DNA of 63,997 nt, counting the filler, from Catajapyx aquilonaris (taxonomy: Eukaryota): assembly GCA_000934665.2 (NCBI GenBank). It is 4 parts of 4 records of this genome, joined end to end, with 100 filler letters (N's around TTAATTAATTAA, not from the genome) between each part and the next. Parts side by side here need not be neighbours in the genome. Positions count along the whole stretch, not along the records: positions 48,188 to 63,997 come from JYFJ02007382.1; 3 more parts are not named here. The stretch is one strand, 5' to 3'. The position numbers and the translations under genes are program-made. Below, one piece after another: positions 48,485 to 62,075 of the stretch (position 1 is the stretch's first letter; each line of letters opens with the position of its first letter). Below the pieces are notes generated by a model. That model searched no databases. It was not told the DNA's origin and saw only the letters and a program-made list of their open reading frames with translations.

Positions 48485-49024
48485 CTCTAGGGCGGCAAAT
48501 TTTGCCGCCCCCTAAAATTTGCCGCCCTAGGCACGTGCCTACTTGGCCTAATTGGTAATATGTCACTGCCTGTGACCCATTTTTGAGGGGGGCAGAGGTC
48601 AAGTCATAAAATTCCGACCTTACCGATTCTCTTGAAATTCGGTGCATTGGTAGCCCACTCCAAGGGATGAAAAACGCACCTATAGTTACGTGATCAAAAT
48701 GACCCTGTGACCCATTTTTTATGAGGGTAGAGGTCAAATTCTGACCTCACCTATTTCTTGAAATTCGGTGCATTGACCCCCCCTTCAATATGGGTTGCGG
48801 TCATTTTGAGCAAGTCACTATTGGTGCGTTTTTCATCCCTTGGGGTGGGCTACCAATGCACCGAATTTCAAGAAAATAGGTGAGATTGGAATTTTACGAG
48901 TTGAAAAATGTCCCAAGTTGTCAGGGCAAATCTCAAGACATCATAATATTATGATGTCCGTAGGCCCTGCAGCAATGTAAGCTCGGACATCATAATATGA
49001 TGTCCGTAGTCGTCAAAGGGTTAA
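48485..49024. mobile_element. Cluster of DNA-transposon fragments: hAT-like end, Tc4/Tc5-like subterminal inverted repeats and piggyBac-like end
   Basis: gccgccctaggc...gtcactg at about 48520-48569. Inverted ggtgcattggtagccc / gggctaccaatgcacc blocks similar to 44890-44940. Ends in ...cgtcaaaggg|TTAA at 49020. Confidence 0.5.
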
Positions 49025-49155
49025 CCTGGCATAAAAACCGACAATTTTTAAACTGTTGTATGGGTATAGAAATCGTATAAGTGATAATAACAGAGTTCAT
49101 CACATATATAGTACGTACCGTACATGTTGGGTTTGATACGTGCATGTATGGAATA

Positions 49156-49592
49156 GGGGAGACCGAGGCTACATGGCACGCTTTTTACATTTCATTTTTT
49201 TCTGAGGCCAGTTAAGACTTATTCACTGTAATTTTTATACCGATATATACTACTTTAGACATTTGAGCATATAATTATGTGATTTTTCATATTTGCATTT
49301 TAAATATAGGCTACTATCCACTTTAAATTATTTAAAAAGCTTCTGCATGTGTGCCATCGTGCCCCTTGCCCGGGGCACGAGAAATTGAAATTTACTCAAA
49401 TTGTCAAAAATCGAAAACATCGGTACTGCCGCCGACAGGCTTTTGCGATTGAACTGAAAATAGGATGTAATGTGCAACATGTCTATCTGCACCTACTAGG
49501 CTGCATAAGCATCATGTCCGTGAACCTAATAGCCGCTTCCCAAATTTGACTGTGCCATCGTACCCCTGTAGCCATCGTGCCCCGGTGTCCCC
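49156..49592. mobile_element. pogo/Tigger-like MITE
   Basis: TA|ggggagaccgaggctacatggc ... gccatcgtgccccggtgtcccc|TA. Confidence 0.75.
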
Positions 49593-50528
49593 TACGTAAG
49601 AAGTTGTTACAATAGCCTCAGGTTCTTTAAGATAAGGGAAGTTTTTATCATAATCTTTACTTGTTACAGATTTTTAAAGTATTTTTTGAATCTATATATG
49701 CTATACAGCTTTCCAGTACAAAAAAATTCGGTGTGCCATATGTTATAGTGGAACTAGACACTAATAGGTTATAAATTATATGAATGCCATCACTGAGGTA
49801 CTTGTATAATAGTACGTATAGGAATATTAATTCTCTGCATGTGTTATTACTTCGTTTTCTGAGATGCAGAAAATAATGGCGTGGGGAGGAAGAGGAGAGA
49901 TTTATCAAGAACAAATGCCAGCATTTTTTGTATGCAAATGAGCAGGCTAATTGATTCTGCAGCTGTCAATGCGATTATCATAGGCTGTAGCAGACGATGT
50001 GAGTTGTAATTTTTAGAACATCGTATTTTTGGGGGTAAAAGAGGGATGCAATCAATTTTGCTTGTCGTGTTAATGTGACATTTCATATAAAACACCAAAG
50101 GGAACCCCACCCAAGCGAATTACTGATAATCACTGGTGTCAAGAGAGAAATGATTAAGAGACAAATGACAATCCGATTGTAAACCACAAGGAATTTTTCT
50201 CACTCATGAATTCTAGTGATTCAACCTCGTAGTGCCATCTGTTAGTCACAATTCCCTGGACGGTATATTTCCTGAAGTTGCTCAACAAATGGCACACCTG
50301 CCAGTTGACTTATATAGAAACCGACAAATTATACACAAACATTTTATTACATTAGAATGTACAGCATGCAAATAAAGACATTTTCGGCATGTAGGAATAT
50401 TATAAAAAATGTAGCATGTGAAATGTGTGTCGCCTTTAGTCGACAAAATAATAGTCTATACAAATCCGTGTACAGTGGCCACGACGGTTCACATGCAGGA
50501 TGTACAGTATCCTTATAGAAGTTTTACA

Positions 50529-52919
50529 CTATTTTACACCATATATTTGCCTAGTAATGTGCCAAAGGGAGGGATAATTGCTTTCCATGGAAAATACTCT
50601 GGGACCTAGAATTCGCAGAAAAGACTCATCGTCCAGAGAATAGGGTCTCCAATGGGGAAGGTTCAACTCATCACGAACATGTGGAGGAGTTGGGTTTCTG
50701 AAATGGTACATTAAAACATAATATATTACAGATGGAAAAATGTAGAAGGTGACAGGTCATGCCACGTTTGGAAGGCATTTCTTATACTCACCCAAAAGTT
50801 ACAAAATTTGCCCACATCTTTGTCATCTTTCTTGCTAGTAACATTTCTTCGCTATTCAGTGGGAAAAGAAATGGAATATTTGGAATGTATAGATACAACA
50901 AATCTTCGCCATGAGTGACACCTGAAACATTGCACAATTGTAGTAAGTGCTGATGTTAAGTAGATATTTAAAATATTAAAATATTTAAAAATATCAATGT
51001 GTAAGTGTTTGAATAACATACCAGAAGGAAAGGGCGGAGAATCCGGAAACATCAGATGCCAGAACGTTTTACTATTTTCTCCTTCATAGTCAAAACTATA
51101 ATAATAACTCTCGCTAATTTCGGAATGCAGTTGCATCGTTCGATAGTTACCAGCCTTCATAAAAAATACACCCGTCATCTGTAACGAATAAACAGTGCTA
51201 ATTACCTCACATGCAATGTACACACTATACACTATACGTTTTTATAAAAATGCAAGAAAGATAAAACAATATTAGTGAAGATATATTACATCAATGAGTC
51301 CGGGAGCCATGGCAGTGAAATTGCCAACACTTCCTGGGGTTAGGTAGTCGTCCATGACAGAAATGTCCAGGGCGCTTGTTGGATCTGGCTGGATACCTGC
51401 ACACACAAAATATGATGTGTGCATCATCGCATGACATATTAAAAGTTTCTTTAAAACTCGTACTCGCAAACAACCATATGCTTACCCACTGTATGGAGAA
51501 CAGCAGGACCGATCCCTCGCTTCAAAAATGTCGAGTTGTTAACAAGATTATTAGGTATCAGATACTGAAAGTAGATGACGCCCAAAACGAATGAACCCTC
51601 TGTCCTTGTGCTTCCAAACATGAATTTTAGTCGTCTAAGGTTTTCACGTCTTTCTGGATCGGTAAGAATTTCGATGGGATGCTTATCTAGGATCTTGGGG
51701 TATCCAGTAGGCGCGACTTGTTGAACACAAGGAGATGTTCCTCCAAATCCAGACTCGCCTCTTCTACGGGATTTGGAAGCATAAGTGGTAAAAACGTGCG
51801 ATATCGCATCATCTGAATGGGTTAAGAGACACGCCGCTAATCTGGAGTGATCCTGATCAGTACAGTTGAGCATAGCTGCCAATTCTACTGCATGCTGAAC
51901 TGGATCATCATCAACTGCCCACGTCAGAAGGGCGCTTCCACTTTGGGCGATTACATGCCGAAAGTATTCTGAAAACAATTTAACCGCATAACGACGGACC
52001 ACAACAATAAATACACAAAGTAACTCACGATTTGAATATTCGCTGAGAGCCAGAAGAGAAACACTGGCGCTTCCAGCACTCTGTCCATTGATGGTGACTC
52101 GTGTTGGGTCGCCTCCAAACGAGGAGATGTGCTTGTTGACCCACTGGAGAGCCAGGGTTTGGTCGTACAGGCCTGCATTGCCAGGGATCTCCGGGACTTG
52201 CAGGCAGAGAAACCCTGTTGGACCAAGGCGATATTGAATTGTCACCATCACCACGTCCTCTTCCATCATATGGTCGGCACTGTAAAAAGCCATGCTTCCC
52301 GAAGTGAAGCCTCCGCCATGAATGAAGACTATTACAGGCAATAGGTTGCTGTCTCCTGAAGGGATCTGTTGAAAGTTCAATATGTTATGTAAGTGTGTGA
52401 CTTGCAATCTCCAAACTCCAGAAAAAAAATCAAATAATTTCATTTTGCTTACCTTCGGCGTAAAGACACTGAGAACAAGGCATGTATCAGCTGGTTCAGT
52501 CCTGATGTCAAGAGTTGGGAATGGTTTTGCAAAATGACTTATTGGACCAGTAACTGATTGGCGGCATGAGTCTCCGGAACTAGTTGCGTAGAAGACAGAT
52601 TTGAATGGTGGTGCAGGTTTGGATGGCTGAATATATTGCAAAGAATAACACAGTTAGTAGTATCTTACTACGTAGTAGCATCATATTATTCTGTTGAAAT
52701 GATTCTTACCAGAAACCTTGTGTTTTGTTCAATAGGTGCTGCGTATGGTATTCCAGTGAAAGAAGCATACGGTCTATTGGAATAAGATGCATTTTGAGGT
52801 AGTCCCACTATGGTTCCCAATCCTGGCACAATAACTGTCGGCATGGTATCTTCACTGGCTGCATGACCAGTGAATGTACAGGCAATGAGCAATAAGAGGT
52901 GCGGATGAAGGGAGACCAT
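50529..52919 (-). CDS. Secreted carboxyl/cholinesterase, JHE-like (gene A, 8 exons)
   Basis: Signal peptide, GIPYA, RF, HGGGF, YRLG, DQ, GQSAG, TEG and GVTHGED motifs. GT-AG exons at about 52919-52710, 52626-52453, 52365-52029, 51968-51486, 51396-51290, 51178-51022, 50921-50792 and 50697-50529. Confidence 0.93.
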
Positions 52920-52961
52920 GGCGACCAACTGTGAATTAACTACAGGAGAAGTAATGCCATG

Positions 52962-52972
52962 GCTTTTTATAC
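52962..52972 (-). promoter_or_regulatory. TATA box of esterase A
   Basis: GTATAAAAAG about 45 nt upstream of the ATG. An equivalent TATAAAAAGG lies at 57761-57770 for gene B. Confidence 0.6.
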
Positions 52973-54915
52973 TGCTCGGCTTGTACGTCTTGTTTGCACT
53001 TGGCTAAAGTGTTTTTGTTTTCTTGTTTTGCGAAAGTGCCCCTGTTTACAGATAGGGTTAGTCCTCCGTGAATTTGAACAGCTACATAGGTATGTGATAA
53101 GCAATTATCGACCAGCGTCGATGACTTCTTGATAAGGATCAAACACAACATCTCACTCATGTTTCCAGAAGATAGCATTCCTTATTCGATTAAGAGAAGA
53201 CGCTTCAGACAGGGTAAAACATAACTAGTTATCGGACATTATTATTCTGAATGTAACTTATGTGAATCTACAATACTGAACAATCACATTATGAGTCGCA
53301 TTATGATACTTTCTGAGGCAATATGGGTATAAACATATTTGATGCTTTCTTCTTTTTTGAGCCTTTTAAAACCGCCCCCCCCCCACCCCGGTAAAACGTT
53401 GGAGATGTACCGCAAGTTTTTCTCCAATAATTTCAAGTGCCCACAGAGAACAGTAGAGTAGTCTATTTGAGATACTAGAATACGGCATCCTGATTAATAA
53501 GCAAAGAAGTAGGCTATGTTCTTTTACTTGGCACTCAACTGGCGCGAATTACAGTATAATATCTTTAAAAATGTGATGATGCATGGTAGAATTAGTTTTA
53601 TATTTAGGAAATAAAATAATGGGCGGCATTATTAAAAATCGTATTGCTTAAAAAATCAAAAAAATGAAAGAGAAACGGTTTAAAATAATTAATGAATAAC
53701 TAAGAAAGAGCACAAGGTGAATAATAAGAAATGTGAAAGAAAAAAAGTAAAAATGCTGGCAAGGTAATAAATTATGAATTATTTTCATTATATTTTGTTG
53801 ATTTGTACATATTATTGCATGATGAATTGCATCTTCTTAATATTATGAACACATATTGGACGCTTTAGGCATTGCTAATTTTAGCTATCACATGGGTACA
53901 ATAAGAATCACTATGCGATAAAAACAGGGAGCATCACATATACAGTGTATATTATTCCCTTTGATACTAGCAAGATATGCATGGAATTCCTAAGAAGTTG
54001 TTATCTTGTTGCCTGAGTGTATTGACCGTCTAAGATCTAAGGTAAGGGAAGTTTATATCTGTCAGCGACACTTTTCACATGCTAATTGTCATGAAAATAT
54101 TGCTTGTGTATATACCAGTGAAAGGAAAGGAGACGTCTTGCACCAATAATTTCTATTAGGAGAACAAACCAGATTTTTACCGAGAGGAATCGGGGGTAAC
54201 TTTTGGGACACTCTCTGTATACGGGAGCGTTTACACATGGAAGCAGGAATCCATGTAATATAGGCTATTATTTCCTCATTATTTTAGGTGCGGGAAATGG
54301 GGACGAAAGTGCTCATAAGGAGTTTTAGGGATCCAAATGGAAGTCATTCTACCACCATAATTATACAACTTGTATAATTATGGTGGTAGAAGGCCTGCAC
54401 ATTGAATGTGCAGGCTAAATGACAGCCTATCATCAGGTATAGGCTATATTAACTCTATTTGTAATGATAAATTGTACAGATGATGTGGGATGAAAATGTA
54501 AGAACCTACTATTATTGGGTGAAAAAGGAAAGTAATAAATTGTGCTTGGTGTTAATACATAGTTTAATGAGATTTCAAGTAGGATACACCAAATGGAACC
54601 ACAGGCACACTGTCAATGTGAGAGTACACTCTTACTCATGAATTCAACCGTGTACTGCCATCTCTTAGTCACCATTCACTTGATGAGTGTGTAATTCCTA
54701 GACACGCTCAACAGATGGCACACTACGCATCAGCAGCAGACTACCGGGAAAGTAGGTACTTCTATTGATCCATAGTGATTTCGTACAATTTGTTAACTTG
54801 TACATTTTGTATGCAAATCATAATAATTGCAGTGCAGCAGAGATGGCAACAGAAAAACAAAGATGCAATTATAATGAGTGAATCTTGATGAAAAATACAT
54901 CTGCATGGTAGCAAA

Positions 54916-57711
54916 TTACAAGTGAGAGATTACGCACCAATTTTGAATTCTAATTAAAATAAAGAAACTTATGATGCTAAAGATGGACATGTTGGTTCCT
55001 ACATATGAAATACTGGTTGTCACCTCAATGTTTTCTTTCCGAGTGAATGATTTTTGGCTGCTCTGTGTACTTTCTGCAACAGTCGATTTTAGGGATTCTG
55101 TTATGCGCTTAGTGAAGGACCTTTTGGTTCTAGAGGGAATTTCAGTAATCGAAGCAGCAGGAGTGGTCGAATTAATGATTGACTTTTGCCTCGTGATGTG
55201 CCACAATGAGGGATAGTTGCTCTCAATTGAGAAATTGCTTGGACTTGTGATATGGAGAAATGACGGATTGTTGGCTGAGTAAGGCTTCCAGTCCGGAAGA
55301 TTCAATTCATTGTTGTTGACACCAGGTGTGGGTTTACTGCAAAAAATATTGAAGTAGTGAAAATGGTAATGCACATGTTACACATGTTATTCGACACGTA
55401 CTCTAAAGGAAGAGTTCTTACCCATGAATTGCAAAATTCGCCCACAGTTTTGCCATCTTCCTTGAAAGCAAAGTTTCTTCCGTATTGAGTGGAAATATCA
55501 GTTGTGGAAGATAAAGGTACAACAACTCTTCACCATGAGTGACACCTGTTTCAGGAGATAAAGTAAAATGTATTTATTTACGATCTGCCACATAACTCCT
55601 GCTATATTTGGATTGGCGATTTACCCGGAGGAAATGGCGGAAAATGACCATGCTCCAATATGGTCCAAAAGCGTTGACTATTTTTTCCTTCATAATCGAA
55701 ACTGTACCAGTAGCTCTCGCTAATTGCGGCGTGAAGTTCCATTGTCTTGTAGCAGCCACCTTTCATAAAAAAGACACCCATCATCTGAAACAGACCAATA
55801 TAACGTTCAGGTTTCGGAACAGTATCTACCAAATGTACAGGTGTATGTAGTGTAGAGTATCTCAGTTGTCCGTGTAGGACTGTATGAGGATATAACATTC
55901 AAATAATAATTTTTGTGTGCTATGCGGGGATAGTAACATTTCAGGGAGATGCAGTAACAAGGGTAACACTTACATCGATAAGGCCTGGCATCATTGCCGA
56001 CAGATCTCCACTGGTTCCTGGAATTAGATAGTCCTCCATAACAGAAATTGCCAGAGCATTAGTTGGGTCCTTGACACCTGAAAAAATGTGCATTGTATAG
56101 GAATTTTCACACTCTCATGTTACGGACATATCTTGATGGTCACTTACCAACTGTTTTAAGTAAGGTAGATCCCAATTCTGTCTTTAAAAATGTGGAATTT
56201 CCGATAAGATTATTAGGTAGTAAGTACTGATTGTAAATGACGCCCATGACATAAGATCCTTCCGTTTCTGTGCTTCCAAATATAAATTTGAGCTGCTTAA
56301 GTCGTTCTCGTCTGATTGGATCGCTAAGTATCTCAGTAGGATACTTGTCTAATATTTTGGGGTAGCCTGCAGGAGCATATTCTTGGATGCAAGGGCTTGT
56401 GCCACCGAAGCCTGACTCCCCGTTCTTCCGCATTATCTTCGTGTACTTTGAAAAATATTCTGACAGTTTGTCATCCGAGTAACTGAGGAGACACTTGGCT
56501 ATTGCGGAATCATCGGGACCAGTGCAATTGAGAAGCTGAGCAAATTCCATTGCGTGACGTTTTGGATCATCATCAATACCCCAAGGCACCAAAGCACTTC
56601 CACTTTCAGCGATGACTTGTTGGAAATATTCTGAATAATAAGAGACGCTTAAGATACAGTAAGTTAAGACACGAGTGATATTACTAACGATTTGAGTAGT
56701 TGCTAAGAGCCAGAAGAGAGACGCTGACACTTCCAGCACTCTGTCCATTGATGGTGACTCGTGTAGGGTCACCTCCAAAGGCGGATATGTGCTTGTTGAC
56801 CCACTGGAGAGCCAGGGTTTGATCGTACAAGCCTGCATTTCCAGGGATCTCTGGTGATTGCAGGCAGAGAAACCCTGTTGGACCCAGACGGTACTGGATT
56901 GTCACCATCACCACGTCCTCTTCCATCATACGATCGGCATCGTAAATAAACATATTTCCTGTTGTAAATCCGCCTCCATGAACGAAAACTATCACTGGAA
57001 GTAGCTGCTTCTTGGAAGTGTTTGGTGAAGGAAGCTGTTGATGGAATAATAATATTATGACACGAATGCCATACAGTACATTTTCCAAATCTGTGCAAAA
57101 ACATCCTTTTGTGTACAGAATGATAAAAAAGAAATAAGGTAGGCTACATTTAATATAAACAAGCATTACGGTGTATTAACCTGTTAGTAAAACAAAGAGA
57201 GTGTTAAATCAATAGTGATAAACTAATTGAAGTACAGAACTTACTTTAGGTGTGAAAACACTCAGGACAAGACAGGAGTCAGCATCTCTGACTAAATCTC
57301 CGCCGCCACCCATCTTGAATCGTATGTGTTGGGCGAAATGTCCTTCAGGTCCTGACACCGACTGACGACATGAACTTCCATACGTCGTAGCGTAGAAAGG
57401 CTCATCGAATTTAGGTAACGGTTTAGATGGCTGAAAAGTGCGACAAATCAGTACTAACCTGTTACGTGTTACCGACAACAGTGACAAAGCCTCACCTGAA
57501 ATCGTGTGTCTTTGTCGATCGGGATGGCGTAAGGTATGCCAGTAAAGGCACTGTACGGCCGACTAGTGTAGAACGAATTAAGTTTCCATCCTATAATGGT
57601 TCCTAAATCCTCCTTATGGACTCGAGGGTTCAGATCTTGACTAGTCCCAAGAGTAGCCAAAGCTACTAGAAAGACGAGACGCAAGCTGCACAGGACAGGT
57701 ACAAACGCCAT
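54916..57711 (-). CDS. Carboxylesterase, JHE-like (gene B), with Ser/Thr-rich extension and hydrophobic C-terminus
   Basis: Same exon layout and catalytic motifs (GQSAG, TEG, GVTHGEE). The last exon is extended by about 90 aa. Confidence 0.92.
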
Positions 57712-59686
57712 TGTCTATCACTGCTTGGGTGATATGAGAGGACGAGTTGAGCCAACCTTTCCTTTTTATATTAAAACTTCAGGAGTCCTTCAGGAAGTCG
57801 CATTTTGTCAGGAGCCATTATCTGACACTGGGATTAGCGCAGCCTTAATAGTGTTAGTGCGACAAAAAGAATATTTGATAAGGACTGGTTATTGACGCCA
57901 TATTGAGCGAGTTTTAATTCTTCTTATCCCTGTGTCACGTAAGTGACAAGGCGTCATCATTTTGACATTGAGAAATACTAGAGATTGCTATCTTCTGGTA
58001 ACATATGACTTGTACGATAATGAGTGCAATGACGATGTTATGCATATTGGTAACATTAAGGTGAATAATACAATATATTGTTAGCTTTAATAAACGAACA
58101 AGTATGTTCCAAAAAGTGAACAGTATGCTTTTCTGCTCCACTGCATAATAGGCTACAAATAATATTGTGGGAATAAAAATATTCCATCGAATTGTTCTGA
58201 ATTTGCTGCCTATTACACTACAAATTCACCCTTAGTTTTTATTTATAATCATAACAAACATGTACTGACGGTAAGCTGCAACAGTTATGTCACTTATGTG
58301 CGCATTGAAAATACATGTCATTGTTTCTGATTTGCGGGTTTAAAGGGAAGATTTATATACTTTGACTAGATAGATATAAAACATTTTCTTATCAAATAAC
58401 ACATTATCAAAATACCGATTGTTGCTTGGGATTCCCGTAAGCCCCTCATAAGATCTTAAGTGTTATTTATCTGGTGTAAAATCGTACATACTCTGCCATA
58501 AATTTTCACGGAGAATGAGGAAAGATATTGCAAAGCTATGCGGCTTTATAACTGAGTAAATTGTGTAACAGTGAATATGACTCGACAGCAGTAAAAGGGA
58601 ACCCATTTATTTATTTCATGGCTAAGAGTAGGTCCGTTTAGGTATGTATGTGGTATGTATAGCATTTGATTAGGATAGGGCATTTGAGTTATATGCAGCT
58701 AGCCATGTTGACTTAAGAGTTAGACTGTTAGTGCGATGTGTGAATTGTCAATATATTGAACCTTGGCTGTATATTGTACAAGTGTAGCCTACAGTACCTA
58801 TTAACTTGCACAGCATAGCAAGGACAGCAGGAAGACGCCATAGTAGTGTTTTGGTTGCACTCTTAAATTTTGTGATATTTTGTACCTCTTAAATATGTAG
58901 ATCGTGTTTTGGACTTACATCTGTTTGGTTTCGTTTGAAATGCAGAACTGTAGGAAATGGAGCCATGCCCTCTGACGAATTATCCCTACTGTAGACCTGC
59001 TCCATTCTACAGTAGTATAAGGAAGTTGTACAGAAGAGAACACATGGCCTGGGGAATTATTTCCTATAAAAGAAGATGGAAACAGGATGTCGAAAAAGGT
59101 AACATATTTTTACAGATTTCATGGGAATAAGAAATATCAGAGAAATGAAGTGGGACGTGCATTTCAGTCTAATACACGTAGTTGGGTTGTTTACTCTTTA
59201 TTTTTGGATCACTTTTGATATTTTACTCTGGCTTAATAGATATAGAATACCATTGGATCATTTCTGAAAAATGGAGAATGGGAGGGATGACTGGGAGACA
59301 AGTGCATATCTGGTGAAAGGGAAATGCTATTCGACACATTACCTCCTGCATAGAAAGCTATATTCAAAATTTGGCATTCCATAGTACTTGTATAGTCATA
59401 GTGTAAGGACACCCTGCATATATAGTAAGTTATACAGAAATCATTGATTTGCTGTAGTATAACCAATGTATTAAAGGTTGGTTCTTTGTTATAATAGTGG
59501 GTATTTCTGTGGGATCTGATGGGAATTAGGGCACACTTAGGACAATCAGGCAGCAGGATATTTACCAACTAATATGCAATTTTGAGAAAGGTTGGACTTG
59601 AAATACGAATTTTATTCTCACCAACTCAATTTAATGTGGTTTTAACGTTTACAGTTTACATTGGGGGTCAATTGGTTGCTAACAGT

Positions 59687-62075
59687 TTAGCATATTACCA
59701 TACACTGGCCATCGAGTGATATTTCTCTGGTGATATGCCAAAGAGAAGGATAGTTGGTTTCAATGGAGAAGTTTCTTGGGCTGTAGATTCGCATGAACGA
59801 ATTTGTGTCTGGCGAGTAGGGATCCCATGTTGGAAAGTCCAGGGCATCTGGTACATTCTTAGGCGTGGGTTCACTGAAGAGTAAACATTTGGATGAAAAC
59901 ATCTCTGGGTGTATCTTCAAATATTTGTAAAAAAATTCTTACCCGTAAATAACAAAGTTGGTCCATAATTTAGCCAGCTTTGTTGCCAACAATGATTCTT
60001 CAGAATCCAGTGGGAATTCAGCAACGGGAAGATACAAATAGATCAGCTCTTCTCCATGAGTAACACCTGCAAATGAAGAGTGATTTAGATACGTCTGCAA
60101 CACATACACCCACAAGCCATATCTTGTTTATCTACCGTACCGACGGGTATAACATCCAAGCTTCCAAACTGAATACTCCAAAACAGCTGACTATACTCTC
60201 CTTGGTACTCGAAACTATACCAATAGGCGTCGTTTAATGCGGCATGGTATTGCATAGTTTTATAACAGCCCCCTTTCATGAAAAGTACTCCCATCATCTG
60301 CAAATGATAATTGTGTATCAGCTTTCGTTGCCTTAAGATTGCGTAACAAAGAGTAATTACATCAACAAGGCTAGGCATCATGGCTGTCAAATTCCCCCTT
60401 GTTTTTGGATCCATGAAATCTTCAACGACGATAAGGGACAATGCGCCTGTCGGATCGTAGATATCTAAAGTTCAAAATGTCGTATTAGTATGACGTAATA
60501 GTTGGTTTTTGGATACAAACTTACCAACTGTGTTGAGAAGGAATGATCCAAAATCGCCCTTGAAAAACGTCGTATTGTGCGTAAGGTGGTTGGGAATCAT
60601 GTATTGGTTATAAATGATGGCCATCACAAAAGATCCCTCGGTTTGGGTAGTACCAAACATAAATTTGAGATGCTTCATTTTATCTTGCCTTTTTGGATCG
60701 TTTAGTATAGCTATAGGGGACATATCCAGGACCTTTTCGCGGCCTTTCCCGGCATATTGTTGCACGCAAGGAGTCGTGCCTCCAAAACCAGACTCGCCAT
60801 TTTTTCGCATTTGATATGTGTATGTCGTAAAATATTTTGACAGCACATCGTCCGAGTAACCCATAAGGCATGTAGCTATTTTGGAGTGGTCAGGATCAGT
60901 GCAGTTGAGCAGTTCTGCGAATCCTGTAGCGTGCCTCACAGGGTCATCATCAATACCCCAAGGTGCCAGAACACTCCCGCTCTGTGCGATCACTTGAGTA
61001 AATAGATCTATAAAGAAAATAATCACGATTAATAAATATTCAGATTACGAGCATAAGCACCCTTACTGTTGTAGTTGCTGACAGCCAATGTAGAAACACT
61101 GACGCTTCCAGCACTCTGTCCATTGATAGTGATCCTGTCAGGGTCACCCCCGAATGGGGTTATATAATTCCTGACCCACTCCAGAGCCAAAATTTGATCA
61201 TAAAGCCCTGCATTTCCGGGAATCTCTGGAACCTGCAGGCACAGGAAGCCCGTTGGACCCAAACGGTACTGGATGGTGACAAGCACCACGTCATTCTCCA
61301 TTATTCTGTCGGCATCGTATATGAACATCTCTCCTGTGGTAAAGCCTCCTCCATGAATGAAAAACAATACGGGAAGAAGGTCTTTCTTTGGTGCATTTGC
61401 TGTAGGAATCTGCATAATGAAAGCTTGCCTTAATAATTGGGCATTTAGATTAAGCCTTATGATCTATTGAATAAAACCGGTTAAAATTCTTTACTGCAAA
61501 AGCCAGCAGGTGTGGATCTGATATTTTTCTCATTTTCTGCATATAGTAAATCCCACATTATAATTAATATCGATAACTTACTTTAGGCGTGAATACGCTC
61601 AAAACAAGGCAGTCGTCCGGGGAACCTTCCAACTTGGTCCTAGACACATCCATTTTTTTCCGTAAGTGTTCGGCGAGCTTGACCTCTGGTGTCGGTAAGG
61701 ATTGTCTGCATGGGGTACCATAAGTCGTAGCATAAAATGTTCCTGTGAAGGGTTTTGCCGGCAAGGAAGGCTGACATAACAAAGCCAAAATTAGTGATTC
61801 TCTACAGGTTACATAAGGTAAACGTACTATGAAAAAAGTATCAAGTTACATATTTGCAGTGGTTTTCTTACCTGGAAACGAGTTTCTGGTGAAATTGGCT
61901 GTGCATAGGGTATTCCCAAAAATCCGGAATAAGGCCTTTTTGTGGAAAAGCTATCCATATTCAATCCTACAATGGTCCCTAATTTTGGTACAACAACAGT
62001 GGGGCTGTCGCCTGCATCAACAGCAACAAAAACCAAAACAATGAGGAGTATATTAAGAGAGAAAAATCCCGCCAT
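59687..62075 (-). CDS. Carboxylesterase, JHE-like (gene C)
   Basis: MAGFFSLNILLIVLVFVAVDAG signal peptide; GIPYA, HGGGF, GQSAG, TEG and GVTHGEE motifs; same intron positions as A and B. Confidence 0.92.
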
